64,000 nt of DNA from Alphaproteobacteria bacterium. Lineage in GTDB: Bacteria; Pseudomonadota; Alphaproteobacteria; UBA9219; RFNS01. Position 1 is the stretch's first letter. The number at the start of each line of letters is the position of its first letter. The DNA is taken from contig JBBCGY010000001.1 in assembly GCA_037200005.1 (NCBI GenBank), positions 42,416 through 106,415 of the forward strand, read 5' to 3'. The translations under genes and the position numbers were made by a program. Under the pieces are notes generated by a model, which worked only from the letters and a program-made list of their open reading frames with translations, was not told where the DNA came from and searched no databases. Shown here one piece after another: positions 55,271 to 64,000 of this stretch.

Positions 55271-56713
55271 TCATTCTCCGCCGCTGTTGCCGCGCGTTTC
55301 GATCACCAGAATTCTCTGCCCCGCGGTCGGATTATCATGCAAGCGCCCGAAAGGCTGCGGCTTGGCGTCGACAAAACCGCTAAGCAGATTGCGCACGGCG
55401 TCTTCGAACGAGCCGGAGAAATTCACGCTGGCCTGAATCGGATAGTCATATTCGGTCGCCCATACCAGTTCGACATTGGCGCGCTCGCTCCACTTTTTGA
55501 TGACGGCGCGCAGCTGATCACCCGGTTCGGCTTTCCACGCTTCCGCCGGAGCGGCTTGCGTCGCAGGCGTGAGGGGACTCGGTGTCACGACGGAGCCCGT
55601 TACCGGCGGCGCATCGGACGGCGGCGCGGCGGTAATAGGCTGAACCGCATCCACCGCATCTTTCGCGGGAGGCACGGAAGCCGGCGCGGGCTCAACCGGC
55701 GGCAAGGGTGGCGGGGCATCGGCGGCAAGCGCGGGCGCGGCGGCCGCGGCAATCATCGAATCATCCACGACCGGCGGCAGCGCGGCAGCCGTAGCCGGCG
55801 TTTCCAGCGGCGGCAGAGGCACCATCATGGCCTCGGGGGGAGCACCCGCCACAGGCGCGGGCATATCGGAGCCGGCCGGCGTTGCGGCAGCGGCCGCCGA
55901 AGGAACAGGCGGCGCCTCGGTGGGCAACTCGGCTACCGGCAAAGGCGCGGGAACTTCCAGCGGAGCGGCGGACGCTGCATGCACCCCTGTTTTACCGCCC
56001 AGACCCGCGCGGGCAATTTTGACGATTTTACCCTCTTCCTGGGCCGACAGCCCCGCGCCCGTCAGAGCATCATTCAGCACCGTCCGCCAAGGCTTGCCGC
56101 CCTGCCAGTCGACCGACGTGGAATTGTCTATTCCCTGCTCCAGCGCAAAACCGTAATCCGGCGGCAAAATCTGTTTGAGCGCGACCGTAAGCGGAATCTT
56201 CTTGCCAAATCCCACAATGGCCGGCCCTTGGTCAACCGGAAGAGGAGGCGGGACATCGGCGGCAAGCGTGGGCGCCAATTCCGGCGGCGGGACGGATAGC
56301 GGCGCAGACGGCTCTATCGGCGACGGCTCTATCGGCGGCAAGGGCACCGGAGAAGCAACGGCAGCCATAGGCTCAAGCGGCAATGGCTCCATCGGCGCCA
56401 AGGCTTGCGGCGACGATGCCACAGGAGAGGCGGCCGCCGGGGGGCTTACTTCCGGCAATTGCATGGGAGCGGGCAAAGCGGCCTGATCGGCAGGCGCTGG
56501 CGCAAGCGGAACTGCCGGCACATCCTCGACAGGAGCGGGAACGGGCGCGGGTGCAAGCGGAACCGCGGCAGGAGCCTCTTCAAGCGGCGTGACCCACTGA
56601 AACCCGGCCTGGGCGGTGCCGCACATAAGCGTAACGCCGATGATGCCTAATGCGAGACTGAGCAAGAGACGATGTTGTCGGGCAAACCAGGCCATGAGCG
56701 AACACTTCCGCAT
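55271..56713 (-). CDS. Pro/Ala-rich periplasmic protein with C-terminal TcpQ-like domain (pilus secretin-associated)
   Basis: signal peptide; >300 aa of PAPV-type low-complexity with short tandem DNA repeats (e.g. gacggctctatcggc x2 at 56309-56338); conserved C-terminal ~110 aa 'LRAVIKKWSERANVELVW...NFSGSFEDAVRNLL'. Confidence 0.45.
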   Translation of the reverse strand: MRKCSLMAWFARQHRLLLSLALGIIGVTLMCGTAQAGFQWVTPLEEAPAAVPLAPAPVPAPVEDVPAVPLAPAPADQAALPAPMQLPEVSPPAAASPVASSPQALAPMEPLPLEPMAAVASPVPLPPIEPSPIEPSAPLSVPPPELAPTLAADVPPPLPVDQGPAIVGFGKKIPLTVALKQILPPDYGFALEQGIDNSTSVDWQGGKPWRTVLNDALTGAGLSAQEEGKIVKIARAGLGGKTGVHAASAAPLEVPAPLPVAELPTEAPPVPSAAAAATPAGSDMPAPVAGAPPEAMMVPLPPLETPATAAALPPVVDDSMIAAAAAPALAADAPPPLPPVEPAPASVPPAKDAVDAVQPITAAPPSDAPPVTGSVVTPSPLTPATQAAPAEAWKAEPGDQLRAVIKKWSERANVELVWATEYDYPIQASVNFSGSFEDAVRNLLSGFVDAKPQPFGRLHDNPTAGQRILVIETRGNSGGE

Positions 56714-56762
56714 AGGAGGGATAAAACCGATTCGTGATTCATACTACGTTATAGTCAGTCCG

Positions 56763-56962
56763 CTTGAAAACCCGAAAAAACTCCGTCGCGCCTACCCCGT
56801 CATTAAGGAGGAAACCCATCGCGAGCGCGACATAGATTTTTCGGATTTTTAGGCGGACGTCATCCACATCACTTGAAAACCCAAAAAATATTCTGTCGCA
56901 TCCGCATGGCTTTACTGCTTGGGGGAGAACGATGGCGACGGAATATTTTTTGGGTTTTCAAG
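56763..56962. promoter_or_regulatory. three copies of a ~28-nt motif CTTGAAAACCC(A/G)AAAAA...TC(C/T)GTCGC (two direct, one inverted) in the 400-bp gap upstream of the pil genes
   Basis: 56763-56790 and 56872-56900 are direct copies; 56936-56962 is the reverse complement of copy 2 (1 mismatch). Confidence 0.4.
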
Positions 56963-57115
56963 CCAAGTAACTATAGGAAATAGCCGGAAAAGCGCCATGA
57001 GAAAACAACAATTTTCGACTTTTCCCCAGAAGCAGGCGTGACATGGGTGCAACGGACGGTGAACAACAAAGATTAACGGATAGATAAGCGGGAAACAAAC
57101 CGCTCGATAGCGGCT

Positions 57116-57427
57116 TTATGAAGCGGTTTCGTCGCTCTCTTCCTGCGCCCGGGCATCTGCGGCGCCATAATCGGTCATGCGCCGCCGCAAAAGACGGATT
57201 GTTGCCGGACGCTCTTGGCCAAGAACCCAGCAGCGCAGGGCGCGCAGCGCCGACTCGAAGCTCAAGCCGCGCTGCTCGACGGCCCAGAAGATCAAAATCG
57301 TGATGACGGTCAGCGTCAAGGTCCAAAGCTGGATATACATCAAGCAGGCCAGAACCACGAAAAAAAGCCGCGCGTCAAAGATAAAGAAGCGGGCGATTTT
57401 CTGACTATTGCGCCAATGATCATCCAT
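57116..57427 (-). CDS. IcmT/TraK-like small inner-membrane protein (type IVB secretion/conjugation)
   Basis: 103 aa; N-terminal 'DDHWRNSQKIARFFIFDARLFFVVLACLMYIQLWT' resembles the IcmT HWR...RFF...D.R...F pattern; RBS 'ggag' upstream. Confidence 0.45.
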   Translation of the reverse strand: MDDHWRNSQKIARFFIFDARLFFVVLACLMYIQLWTLTLTVITILIFWAVEQRGLSFESALRALRCWVLGQERPATIRLLRRRMTDYGAADARAQEESDETAS

Positions 57428-57513
57428 AATTCAGACTCCAGATGTCGGTGATCGGAAAGGGCAACGCGCGCCCTATCCGCCGGTTTCGGATAACTGGCAA
57501 CCGGTATTCGACT

Positions 57514-58743
57514 TTATACGTCCGTCGTTACGGTATCGTTAACGGCTTGCGTCGCCAAAGGCTCGAAATTCTGGTCTTCCCGTTCGTCGCCGGAGAAGCC
57601 CTTGGTAAGCAGCAGATACCAGCGGCGATCGATCAGCCCCGCCTTGAACGCCGATGTCGCCGATTGTTCCATGGTCTTGCCGTAGCGCACGAGCAAACGC
57701 TGGGCCTCGCTGGTCCAGCGCTCGATCGGCATATCAAGCAGAATTTCGCGGACATTCTCGTCAAAGATCATGAATTCGCGCAATCCCATGCGGCCGCCGC
57801 CGACTTTAGGCACGAGCGCCTGCGTGACGATCATGCGCAGCGTTTCCATCAGGGCGAAAGCGCGCTCGGAACGCTCGGAGGGCTCAAACACGCTGACCAT
57901 GCGTCGAATGGTGGCCGCCACCCCGGTCGTATGGGCCGTGGAATAGACCGCGTGGCCGGTTTGCCCTGCCTCAATGGAGGCCGAGACCGTTTCGCGATCG
58001 CGCGATTCGCCGACCAGGATAATGTTGGGCTTGCGGCGCAGCGCGTTGCGCACCCCGGCCGCGAAATTAGGCAAATGCTTTGGGATTTCCGATTGCGAAA
58101 CCAGCGACCGCTCGCCGACGATCGAATCGTACACATATTCGATCGGGGCTTCATAGGTCAGCATCTTGCCGCAGCCCTGAGCCCGCTCGATCAGCATCCG
58201 GTTGCCCGCGGCAAGCAATGTCGATTTGCCGCTGCCGGTCGGTCCCGTCACCAGGATCAGCCCCTGGCGCGGCGCCCAATTATCGATGATTTTTTCCTCG
58301 ATCCCCAGTTCGTGCATCGTCGGGGGAAGATTGGGCAGCGACCGCATGGTGATCTGCACCCCGTCCCGCCCTCTGCTCAGCATGGCCGTGATGTTGACGC
58401 GAAAACGGTAACGCGTGTTGCGATCGGGCCTAACCTCGTAGGACAAATCGAGATCGACGCCCGACGCAAGCTTGGCGATAGCGTCCTGGCCGTAAATTTT
58501 GGCCAGGACATTGGCCATATCCGCCGAATCGATCGATCGCCTGGTTATCGGAAACAGGACGCCGTCGACTTCGATATAAACCGGGCGGTCGGTTTGAATG
58601 CTGACGTCGGTGGTGCGCCGCTCGACGCACCACATCAGCAGGCCGTCGACATGCTCTTCGCGAATGCGCAAAGGCTCATCGGTCCAGGTTCCAAGCTCTT
58701 CGCTTTTGCGCCTGGCATCCGCTAGCGTAGCGTCGACTGCCAC
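57514..58743 (-). CDS. DotB/TraJ-family secretion ATPase (PilT-like hexameric ATPase of T4BSS)
   Basis: Walker A 'GPTGSGKST', Asp box 'YEAPIEY', Walker B 'PNIILVGESRD', His box 'GHAVYSTAHT'; GTG start. Confidence 0.85.
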   Translation of the reverse strand: MAVDATLADARRKSEELGTWTDEPLRIREEHVDGLLMWCVERRTTDVSIQTDRPVYIEVDGVLFPITRRSIDSADMANVLAKIYGQDAIAKLASGVDLDLSYEVRPDRNTRYRFRVNITAMLSRGRDGVQITMRSLPNLPPTMHELGIEEKIIDNWAPRQGLILVTGPTGSGKSTLLAAGNRMLIERAQGCGKMLTYEAPIEYVYDSIVGERSLVSQSEIPKHLPNFAAGVRNALRRKPNIILVGESRDRETVSASIEAGQTGHAVYSTAHTTGVAATIRRMVSVFEPSERSERAFALMETLRMIVTQALVPKVGGGRMGLREFMIFDENVREILLDMPIERWTSEAQRLLVRYGKTMEQSATSAFKAGLIDRRWYLLLTKGFSGDEREDQNFEPLATQAVNDTVTTDV

Positions 58744-59549
58744 TGTTCGCTCCGCGGAATAAGCGTGGATTGGCCGGTGATGGTAACGCCCCGGTCGCCG
58801 ATGCGCATTTCGGCGCCTCCGCCCGTGATGCCGCGATCCTCGTGAATCGCGAAGGGCGGAGAAATCATCCCCTGCGCCAGCAATTCACGGTAATGCACCA
58901 TGCCGACGAAATCGCTCGTCATGCGATCGAGATCGGCCTCGAAAGTATCGTCCGCCTGAATCACGCCGGCGTCCCACCCTTCCTTGACCCATTTGCGCCA
59001 ATCGGCGCGCTCTTCCTTGGTCTTGGGCACCAGGAGGCCCGGCGGCGGCTCCACTTTGCCCCAATCGCGCTCCAGATACAGGCGCCAGTCGCGCGAGGCC
59101 GTGACGATGCGGGCGATGCGATTGATGCGGATAATCCGGTCGGCAACGGCAGCCTTTTGACCGCCGCCGGTCACGATCACGGCGCGCTGGGCGTCCGAGA
59201 CGATCGGCGGCTCGATCAAAAGCCCCGAAGGAGCGTTAATGAGCAGCCTTTTGAAATCGAAAGTTTTGCTGAGGGTCGCTTCCTGTTCGGCAAGACGGCG
59301 CTGGATTTCAAAAGTGCGGTGGGCAAGGCCGCCGCGAGCGCCGTATGAAAGGGCCGCTTCGCGCAGCGCGTCATGACGGATTTGAAGCCCCATATTCTCG
59401 CTGGGCTTGGCGTTGACGCCTTCCGTCTGTTCCTGCAGCTGCCACAGATCGGGAGGCGGTTCGAGCGGCCCGACTGGCGTGCTGTCGGCCCACGCCGGCA
59501 TTGCCGCCAACAACAGCAGTCCGATCACGATAGCGGAAAGCCTGCGCAT
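58722..59549 (-). CDS. DotC/TraI-like lipoprotein (assignment by synteny and size)
   Basis: signal/lipoprotein-like N-terminus MRRLSAIVIGLLLLAAMPAWA; lies between DotD-like and DotB genes, as in Legionella dotDCB and R64 traHIJ. Confidence 0.45.
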   Translation of the reverse strand: MRRLSAIVIGLLLLAAMPAWADSTPVGPLEPPPDLWQLQEQTEGVNAKPSENMGLQIRHDALREAALSYGARGGLAHRTFEIQRRLAEQEATLSKTFDFKRLLINAPSGLLIEPPIVSDAQRAVIVTGGGQKAAVADRIIRINRIARIVTASRDWRLYLERDWGKVEPPPGLLVPKTKEERADWRKWVKEGWDAGVIQADDTFEADLDRMTSDFVGMVHYRELLAQGMISPPFAIHEDRGITGGGAEMRIGDRGVTITGQSTLIPRSEQWQSTLR

Positions 59550-59550
59550 T

Positions 59551-60072
59551 TCAGATTTTACCGTCGGTTGGAGCATAACGCAATTGCACCGCGCCGGCCT
59601 TGGCATCGACCGCGACATCGGCCCGGTTGCCCAGCTGCAGCCCGATATCGCGCAAGATATCGATCAGCGGCCGCTCGTAAACATCGACCGCGACCGTAAG
59701 GGGGACGGGCGTAGGCATACCCGCCGTCCGATAGGCGTAACCGGCCTTGGCCGCCAGAGTCTGCACCAACTGCTCCGCCGGTCCGTTCCAGGTTATGGTC
59801 ACGGGCTGCGAGAGGGCGTGCGGCGCGCCCATGAAATCTTCCATCGGCGGCAGCGGATTGCGATATTGCTCGATCCCAGCGACGGTATTGAGCGCTTTAG
59901 CCGCCTTTTCCGAAGCCTGGGCAATACGAAAAGCAACCGGATCGTTTTCAGCGACGAGAGGAGACACCGTTGGATTCGGCTCCTGACATGCCGCGAGCGG
60001 CATCAGCAGGATGAGAAATAAAGCGCCCGTGAAAGCGCCGGCGCAAGTAAGTGTAAATTTGGGCATGAACAT
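59551..60072 (-). CDS. DotD/TraH-like outer-membrane lipoprotein
   Basis: lipobox LMPLAAC; C-terminal 'VTITWNGPAEQLVQTLAAKAGYAYRTAG.PTPVPLTVAVDVYERPLIDILRDIGLQLGNRADVAVDAKAGAVQLRY' resembles the DotD N0-like domain. Confidence 0.55.
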   Translation of the reverse strand: MFMPKFTLTCAGAFTGALFLILLMPLAACQEPNPTVSPLVAENDPVAFRIAQASEKAAKALNTVAGIEQYRNPLPPMEDFMGAPHALSQPVTITWNGPAEQLVQTLAAKAGYAYRTAGMPTPVPLTVAVDVYERPLIDILRDIGLQLGNRADVAVDAKAGAVQLRYAPTDGKI

Positions 60073-60217
60073 CGATCCCTGTCGATATCGGAAGTCAAGG
60101 GGCGATTCTGTTTTAAGCACAAGCACAGCCAAAAACCAAGCCCTAAACCGACATAGAGCGCGATCATTCCTCAGTGAAGTGTGTCTGCGCGTCCATGGGG
60201 ATGATCGCGCTCTAGCT

Positions 60218-60517
60218 CTAAGTCCTGAAGCGCATGAAGAACATCGCGTAGCCGAACAGCGCTCCGGCAAGAAGCAGAAGCAGAAGGCCGTTGAGCCACA
60301 CGCCGTTAATAAGAAAATAAAGCCCGAGCGCCGCGATCACGGCGGACGCTATGCCGTAAATCACCGTCGCATTCGGCATGGCGCCCTGCTTGGGCGGCGG
60401 GCTGGCCGGCCCCGACGGCACATAGGGAGAAACCGTCTGCCCGTTTCCCGGGGCCTGCAACGATTTGCCGCCGCCTATGGCGGGAACGGCGGGCGGCTTC
60501 TCTGAATCACGGGCCAT
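60218..60517 (-). CDS. small membrane protein (Pro-rich N-terminus, 2 TM)
   Basis: 99-aa ORF in the tra-like operon. Confidence 0.4.
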   Translation of the reverse strand: MARDSEKPPAVPAIGGGKSLQAPGNGQTVSPYVPSGPASPPPKQGAMPNATVIYGIASAVIAALGLYFLINGVWLNGLLLLLLAGALFGYAMFFMRFRT

Positions 60518-60549
60518 GGATCACCTCTTCCCCGCATTGCCGATGATCG

Positions 60550-61536
60550 TCATGGCGACAGATCCGACAGGATGGTGGCGACCTTGTCAGGCTTCCCGAG
60601 CACGACTTTGATCTTGCCGTCCTTGCCGCGATAAACAATGTAGGGCGTCGCGGAAATTTTCCATTCCTTGGTCATCTCCATGGTCGCCCGCACCGCCGTA
60701 ATATCGGCGGTGGGCGGCACGCCGGCAAGAGCGTTGGCATCGCCATCCACGAACTGGCTCCAAGCCTTGAAAGGCTCGGCCACGCGCAGGAATATTGCAG
60801 ACTGGCGCTCGTCTTCGCTGTCAGGCGCGCCGATGGGCAGTAATTTGACGCGCAGCTCTCCCTTGTCGACATGATCCTTGAGTTCTTTCCATGTCGCCTT
60901 GCAGAAGGGGCAATGGGGCTCGACCAGCATTACCACGAGCGGCTTGTCGCCTTGGCCCATGGTCACGCCCACCGCTCCCTGGAAATCCTGATAGAGTCGC
61001 TCGCCGGGCGACAGGGACACGAGTTCCGGCGGTCCACTTTTCGACGCAGGCTGCGGGTCACTGCCGCCACCGCCGCCCACCTTTTGAATTTCTTCCTGTT
61101 TTTCTGCCGCCGAAGTCAGCAGCGCCTTGATCTGGGGTATCTGCATGCCGACCGTATTCATTTGCTCGGCGGTAATATTGGTGCCCTCGGCCGAGAACAT
61201 CGCGCCGAAAAGCAATGACTGGCGATCGGGAGCGATATAGAAAAACTGAAGCTGCCCGTCTTTCTGCAGCATGAAGCCGGGCATGCCGGAACGCTCGCCC
61301 ATATAATAAAGCTCGGCGCCTTGCTGCAGCATCGTACGCAACACCGGTATCCTCTTGATATCCACATCGGTCGCAGGCATCTGCTGCGCCTTGGCGATCT
61401 CCGCCGGATCGGCCTTGAGCAGGGCGCCCACCGGTATTTGCGAGGATTTCTGGGCCGCCGCTGGAAACGCAAAAAGCGCAACCGCCAGAGTCAAAGGAAA
61501 AAGCCGCTTTGTCAGGGATTTCATCGTCATGGTCAT
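60550..61536 (-). CDS. periplasmic thiol:disulfide interchange protein, DsbC/TrbB-like
   Basis: signal peptide; thioredoxin active site 'CPFC'; N-terminal dimerisation-like domain. Confidence 0.75.
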   Translation of the reverse strand: MTMTMKSLTKRLFPLTLAVALFAFPAAAQKSSQIPVGALLKADPAEIAKAQQMPATDVDIKRIPVLRTMLQQGAELYYMGERSGMPGFMLQKDGQLQFFYIAPDRQSLLFGAMFSAEGTNITAEQMNTVGMQIPQIKALLTSAAEKQEEIQKVGGGGGSDPQPASKSGPPELVSLSPGERLYQDFQGAVGVTMGQGDKPLVVMLVEPHCPFCKATWKELKDHVDKGELRVKLLPIGAPDSEDERQSAIFLRVAEPFKAWSQFVDGDANALAGVPPTADITAVRATMEMTKEWKISATPYIVYRGKDGKIKVVLGKPDKVATILSDLSP

Positions 61537-62021
61537 TCGTCCACCTTGGCTATTTTAACGTTCCGATTCTCGGCTCCCGCCGCTGATTTCGGCGGCGGAT
61601 TTGCGGCGTATAACTCGTGCGCCACCAGCCCCTTATGCTCCATCACATCGATGACTTTGCCAGCATATCGCCCGCCGCGCCAGGGGGTAGCGGAATGATA
61701 ACGCGCGATACCGCCGCGCAAATAACCCGCTTCATCGATTTTCTGCCGCAGAATCCAGGCGGAAACATAAACATTGACGCAGCCGTTATCGCGCACCCAT
61801 TGCCGCGCGGTGCCGCCATCCACGCCCCACAGCCGCGCCAATTGCGGCATCCATACCGTGTTGACTTGCATCGGGCCTAAATCGTAGCTGCCATTGGTAT
61901 TATGGACTTCCTGGCCCACGCGGCCGCCCTCGACATGCATCATGGCAATCATCACCGCCGGCGGTACATGATAGGTTTGAGCGGCGAGCAGCAGGCATGC
62001 TGCGATCATTTGCGAAGTCAT
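61533..62021 (-). CDS. lytic transglycosylase (SLT domain; VirB1/PilT(R64)/IagB-like)
   Basis: 'MHVEGG' catalytic Glu region, 'DLGPMQVN', 'ARYHS' motifs; signal peptide. Confidence 0.8.
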   Translation of the reverse strand: MTSQMIAACLLLAAQTYHVPPAVMIAMMHVEGGRVGQEVHNTNGSYDLGPMQVNTVWMPQLARLWGVDGGTARQWVRDNGCVNVYVSAWILRQKIDEAGYLRGGIARYHSATPWRGGRYAGKVIDVMEHKGLVAHELYAANPPPKSAAGAENRNVKIAKVDE

Positions 62022-62025
62022 GGCG

Positions 62026-62907
62026 TTAGCTCCATCCTTCTTCTTCCAGCTTGGCGGCAGACGGCACCTCTAGATAAGTGCCCAGCGTCGCAAGCAGCGC
62101 CATGCGCTGGTTGAATTCTTGCCATACTTGGGCCATCGGCACAACATTGCCGTGCTTGGCGAAATAGGCCGCGCGATCATCAGGATTCATGTAAAGCAGC
62201 CGGTCCGCCTCGGCATAATGGCTATCGGCATAAATCTGCCCCGCGGATTTCAGAACCGCCCAGCACAGCAGCCGCCATTGCTCCGGGCTGGCCCCGGCCG
62301 GCGCCAGCGAACGCGTAATCTGATCGGCGGTTTTGACGAGCCGCTCCGCCACCTCGGCAAGCAAACCGTGCTCGCCGCGCCCGAAAGAATATTGCGAGAT
62401 GGCGCCAACCACGGGCACCAGCGTCTCCAGCATTTTGGCGCGAAAAGTCGCCACTTGATTGGGGACAGGCTCGATGCCGCCGGTCACAAGGTTCTTGAAT
62501 TTTTCCGGCAGCGCGCCAATGACCGCGAGAATCGGCTCGGCCGCGCCCGCATCAAGCATATGTCCCGTTGCCCGGTAATTGGCCGCGACCAATTGACAGG
62601 CGGCGCCGATAGCGCCCCAGCGCAGAGCGGCGGGGGCGGCCGCGCCCTCCATTTTATCCGCCATCTGGCGCGCTAAATTGGCGGCATTTTCGATCAGAAG
62701 CGGAAATGCCTCAAAATTCGCTTTACGGGTTGCGCCGGCGCCGGCCGCGTTGCGGTCTTGCTGGCCGGCTTCCAGCAACGCCGTCAATAAGGGCGTTCCG
62801 ACAAGACGCAGCGCCGCCGCCAGCGTTTGCATGCGCTGACCGGCGTCAATTTCGCTCTGTGCTCCCGCACTATCCATGAATAAAATCCAACCGGCATCGC
62901 CAGCCAT
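62026..62907 (-). CDS. hypothetical cytoplasmic protein in tra-like operon
   Basis: 293-aa Ala/Leu-rich ORF, no motifs. Confidence 0.4.
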   Translation of the reverse strand: MAGDAGWILFMDSAGAQSEIDAGQRMQTLAAALRLVGTPLLTALLEAGQQDRNAAGAGATRKANFEAFPLLIENAANLARQMADKMEGAAAPAALRWGAIGAACQLVAANYRATGHMLDAGAAEPILAVIGALPEKFKNLVTGGIEPVPNQVATFRAKMLETLVPVVGAISQYSFGRGEHGLLAEVAERLVKTADQITRSLAPAGASPEQWRLLCWAVLKSAGQIYADSHYAEADRLLYMNPDDRAAYFAKHGNVVPMAQVWQEFNQRMALLATLGTYLEVPSAAKLEEEGWS

Positions 62908-62996
62908 CCTGGGATGAACACGCCATAGCTTTCACGAAAACGGTTAACACTTGCCTTATGCCATGACAAGAAGTCATTAAGAAAACTAAAAGCGCC

Positions 62997-63971
62997 TTAC
63001 ATGCCCTTGGATTTCGACGCGGGGCCGGGGACGGTATATTTCACCCGCCGCGGGCCGGACTCGTTTTCGACCTTGATCGGACTGGCGACGCCCTCCGTAA
63101 AGTCCTTGCTGATACTGTCAACGCCGATGACAAACTGATTGAAAGTCGCCCGATAGGTTTCGTCCCGCTGTTCGGCTATGCTTTTAAGCTGGTTGCATTG
63201 CGCCAAAACGGCGGTTTTGACTGAGTCGGGACCGGTATCGGCCTCGAAGCTGTGATTGTTTTTGCAAAAAACAATATCGCGGTAATGCTGCAAGAGGGCT
63301 TGGCTCACATATGTTCTCGGATCGGGAGTGCCATCGCCGTCGATATCTTCACCCACCACCGCGTTACCGTTGCTGTCATAAGCCTGGAATATCTTCTGGT
63401 CATAGCCCGACTTGACCATATTATAGCCGATACGGATGCCATTCTCGCCGATGGAATTGGCTTTCATCAGCGGGTCGCCGACGGCGAGCTTCGTGCCGTC
63501 GGCAAGCTTGCCGTCGGGATCGGGAGCGGTGCGCCGCGCAATTTCATCGTAACAGGTGCGAATAAGCGTGCTGACCTTATCGAGCGTGCTGAAATTCTTC
63601 ATGATCACATGCACATTTTTCGGATCCATCGCCCTATCGCCGGTGATCGTATTCGGCTGGATCGCTTGAAGCTCGATATTTTGGCAAAAACGCACGGCCG
63701 ACACATACAGTTTCTGCTTGTCCGTCATGGAGTCCCACGCGCCCTTGGCCGAACCGGTCCACTTCGTGCAGGGAGAGTTGGGAATGGTGCTATCATAAGC
63801 ATCGGGACTATCGAGGCAGGTCATCTGCTCCGCGCTCGGCTGAACCATAACCAAATTGGCGAGAATGGTCGAAGGCTTGACGAAAGCGTGGGCAAAAGCA
63901 GGGTCCTCGAAGCAGGGATTGGCGGCGCTTCCCATGGCATTCCACCACTTCATGCCGAAATCGCCCTTCAA
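62997..63971 (-). CDS. hypothetical protein (324 aa)
   Basis: ORF with several Cys residues; no recognisable domain. Confidence 0.4.
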   Translation of the reverse strand: MKGDFGMKWWNAMGSAANPCFEDPAFAHAFVKPSTILANLVMVQPSAEQMTCLDSPDAYDSTIPNSPCTKWTGSAKGAWDSMTDKQKLYVSAVRFCQNIELQAIQPNTITGDRAMDPKNVHVIMKNFSTLDKVSTLIRTCYDEIARRTAPDPDGKLADGTKLAVGDPLMKANSIGENGIRIGYNMVKSGYDQKIFQAYDSNGNAVVGEDIDGDGTPDPRTYVSQALLQHYRDIVFCKNNHSFEADTGPDSVKTAVLAQCNQLKSIAEQRDETYRATFNQFVIGVDSISKDFTEGVASPIKVENESGPRRVKYTVPGPASKSKGM

Positions 63972-64000
63972 AAACTGTCCGTTCTTGCATAGCCTCTGCA

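Noticed and set aside
56958-57326. 122-aa minus-strand ORF overlapping the IcmT-like gene and the repeat-containing intergenic region
   Set aside because: Overlaps the better-supported IcmT-like ORF (hydrophobic pattern, RBS) in a different frame. Arg/Leu-rich.
1-64000. CRISPR arrays, rRNA genes, additional tRNAs
   Set aside because: No regularly spaced direct repeats, and no other cloverleaf-compatible segment besides tRNA-Lys at 27112-27187.

Overview
High-GC (~58-60%) proteobacterial chromosome segment, most likely alphaproteobacterial, in three parts. (1) Positions ~1-27,100 are an accessory/genomic-island-like region ending in an AlpA-like excisionase, a tyrosine integrase and tRNA-Lys(UUU). 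It carries a SprT-like metallopeptidase gene and a type I restriction-modification operon whose hsdM and hsdR both carry frameshifts, while hsdS, a Fic (AMPylase) gene and two AT-rich membrane/coiled-coil genes of unknown function are intact. It also holds an XRE-HTH regulator paired with a 376-aa unknown protein (a 432-aa paralog sits at 24,000), a small-gene/LuxR operon, and a 1793-aa HAF-repeat RHS toxin. A Sel1-repeat immunity gene follows the RHS gene, and a 761-bp near-identical direct repeat creates an orphan RHS C-terminal toxin module with its own Sel1 immunity gene. (2) Positions ~27,360-46,000 look like core genome: REC-EAL response regulator, REC regulator, hybrid histidine kinase (Roc-like), rsmB, cca, upp, PagL-like OMP, pepN, glycosyltransferases, tandem-hotdog thioesterase, a Gfo/Idh/MocA oxidoreductase and nhaA. 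(3) Positions ~46,000-64,000 (all minus strand) encode an IncI/R64-like type IVb thin-pilus cluster: three long-leader prepilins, PilR-like platform, PilQ-like ATPase, PilO/PilP-like proteins, lipoprotein secretin and a TcpQ-like Pro-rich protein. Adjacent to it are Dot/Icm-type genes (IcmT/TraK-like, DotB/TraJ, DotC-like, DotD/TraH-like) plus DsbC-like and lytic transglycosylase genes. This is an MPF-I/T4BSS-like conjugation or secretion module running off the window. Notable non-genic features are a 263-bp MITE with ~31-bp TIRs and a TA duplication inserted exactly in the TAATG junction between the secretin and the next pilus gene, repeated 28-nt motifs in the pil promoter region, and palindromic operators near position 1,830.
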